A stretch of DNA of 64,000 bases, taken from Balanoglossus misakiensis. Lineage: Eukaryota > Animalia > Hemichordata. The notes beneath the pieces were generated by a model. That model saw nothing but the letters and a program-made list of their open reading frames with translations. It made no database searches and was not told the DNA's origin. This document shows positions 62,897 to 64,000 of this stretch, piece after piece (position 1 is the stretch's first letter; each line of letters opens with the position of its first letter). Location of the stretch: positions 858,690 to 922,689 of the forward strand of contig CM082589.2 in NCBI GenBank assembly GCA_040954595.2, written 5' to 3'. The translations under genes were made by a program, and so were the position numbers.

Positions 62897-63006
62897 CTTA
62901 TGCTAATACACTGGTGAATACGACAGAATGTCTCAAAAATAAATAATCTGGCATTTTCAATAAAGTCATCCAGACAGGCTACCAGGAAGAAGTCATTGAT
63001 CAACAC
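62897..63006 (-). CDS. EIF3E: eIF3 subunit E exon (PCI domain)
   Basis: [36 protein letters not shown]; 110 nt, AAG| acceptor and |GTAAG donor. Confidence 0.96.
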
Positions 63007-63126
63007 CTTTAGGGAAGAAGAAAAAAAATAAACATTGAGAATCACAAACATGTCTACAAAAAGCCTATTTACACATCTTGACACGTTTTTCAGCCTCAGT
63101 GTCATCAAAATGAACTCCACACTTAC

Positions 63127-63346
63127 TGTTTCACACTCTCGAAGCTTCCTCTGCGCGCCATCAAAATCAAAGTTGACATACAGACATTCCAGAAACTCTG
63201 TGATTGGATCTCTGTACATATAAGACTCCTGCTGTATAACTTTGACGAGATCTTTCAACACTGTCCGCCTCCTCTTGTTTGTGATGACGGCTGTGGTCAA
63301 ATATCGCAGGATGTGAGGGCACATTGTCTGTATGGCATTCAGATAC
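63127..63346 (-). CDS. EIF3E: eIF3 subunit E exon
   Basis: [73 protein letters not shown]; 220 nt, |GTAAGT donor. Confidence 0.96.
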
Positions 63347-63467
63347 CTGTTATCAACAAGAACAAATACCGTAAGTATTCATTATTCAGCCAAGCATGAT
63401 TTAAAAAATGCAAGACTTTCTAACTATCTCATAGTCCTGAAAGTGTTCCAATTTTCATGTTACTTAC

Positions 63468-63592
63468 GGAGCTTGATAGAGAAACAAATCGATGATGGCA
63501 TCCCTGCCCTTCTGATGATTAAAAAATACAAAGAGACTCCAATGTATAAGCCAGGTCCGCTGTTGAAGCATTTGCAGAGGTGTCACAAAAAC
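63468..63592 (-). CDS. EIF3E: eIF3 subunit E exon
   Basis: [41 protein letters not shown](P); 125 nt, canonical sites. Confidence 0.95.
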
Positions 63593-63634
63593 CTGGAATA
63601 AAACAAAAATAGGATATAATGGTGTTGATCAAGA

Positions 63635-63691
63635 CCCATTTTGCAGAAAACCAGTTCAGAGCCCATTTTGCAGAAAACCAGTTCAGAGCCC
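63635..63691. repeat. Perfect 27-bp tandem duplication in eIF3e intron
   Basis: CCCATTTTGCAGAAAACCAGTTCAGAG x2 followed by CCC. Confidence 0.95.
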
Positions 63692-63739
63692 CTGTTCATA
63701 TACTGAAGAATTTTATCTCATGTATTTTTTTACACTTAC

Positions 63740-63865
63740 ATTAGAATCAATGACTTCCTTGAGTCTGTTCAAATCTTCCAGCGCAGCATCCCAGTTCTGC
63801 ATGAGAATTTCTGAAGCCAGTTTTCCCCACAGTGAACTCAATGCATTCTTATCATTGGGGAGAAC
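63740..63865 (-). CDS. EIF3E: eIF3 subunit E exon
   Basis: [42 protein letters not shown]; 126 nt, canonical sites. Confidence 0.95.
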
Positions 63866-63961
63866 CTGAAAAGAAGTAGCATACAGTTAGAACTCCAATT
63901 CTTCGATACAAAGATGTCTCATTACAATCTGATCAAAGTCAGTTTCAAACAAGTAACTTAC

Positions 63962-64000
63962 CAGAACTCTGTGGAAGTAAAGATACTCTGCTGCTCCAGA
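63962..64000 (-). CDS. EIF3E: eIF3 subunit E exon (truncated by window edge)
   Basis: SGAAEYLYFHRVL|GTAAGT; compare human SGAAEYLYFFRVL. Confidence 0.92.

Noticed and set aside
1-64000. Prokaryotic systems (CRISPR arrays, operons, defence islands), tRNA/rRNA and known miRNA hairpins
   Set aside because: The sequence is spliced eukaryotic DNA; no repeat-spacer arrays, cloverleafs or recognisable mature miRNA sequences were seen by eye.

Overview
Eukaryotic, intron-rich animal DNA. It is most likely from an invertebrate deuterostome such as a hemichordate or echinoderm; this is inferred from the presence of R-spondin, vertebrate-like intron positions and mosaic CpG depletion. Four protein-coding genes can be reconstructed. 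(1) First coding exon (T1 domain) of a Kv2/Shab potassium channel on the minus strand, followed by a >13 kb intron that runs off the left edge. (2) A complete two-coding-exon vesicular GABA/glycine transporter (VGAT/SLC32A1/unc-47), minus strand, 505 aa. (3) A complete R-spondin on the plus strand whose LGR-binding furin-like-2 exon is tandemly duplicated (274 aa with one copy, 324 aa with both). (4) The 3' part of eIF3e on the minus strand, tail-to-tail with R-spondin. Non-coding features include a degenerate Penelope-like retroelement with a hammerhead-ribozyme core next to the putative Kv2 promoter, several copies of a tiny TTAA-flanked MITE, and microsatellites. Top findings: the duplicated R-spondin FU2 exon with a YCAY-rich spacer, an AUG-less 61-67-codon His/Ala-rich N-terminal extension of Kv2, the Penelope hammerhead, and ancient RSPO-EIF3E linkage. 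Most ORF-track entries are spurious.
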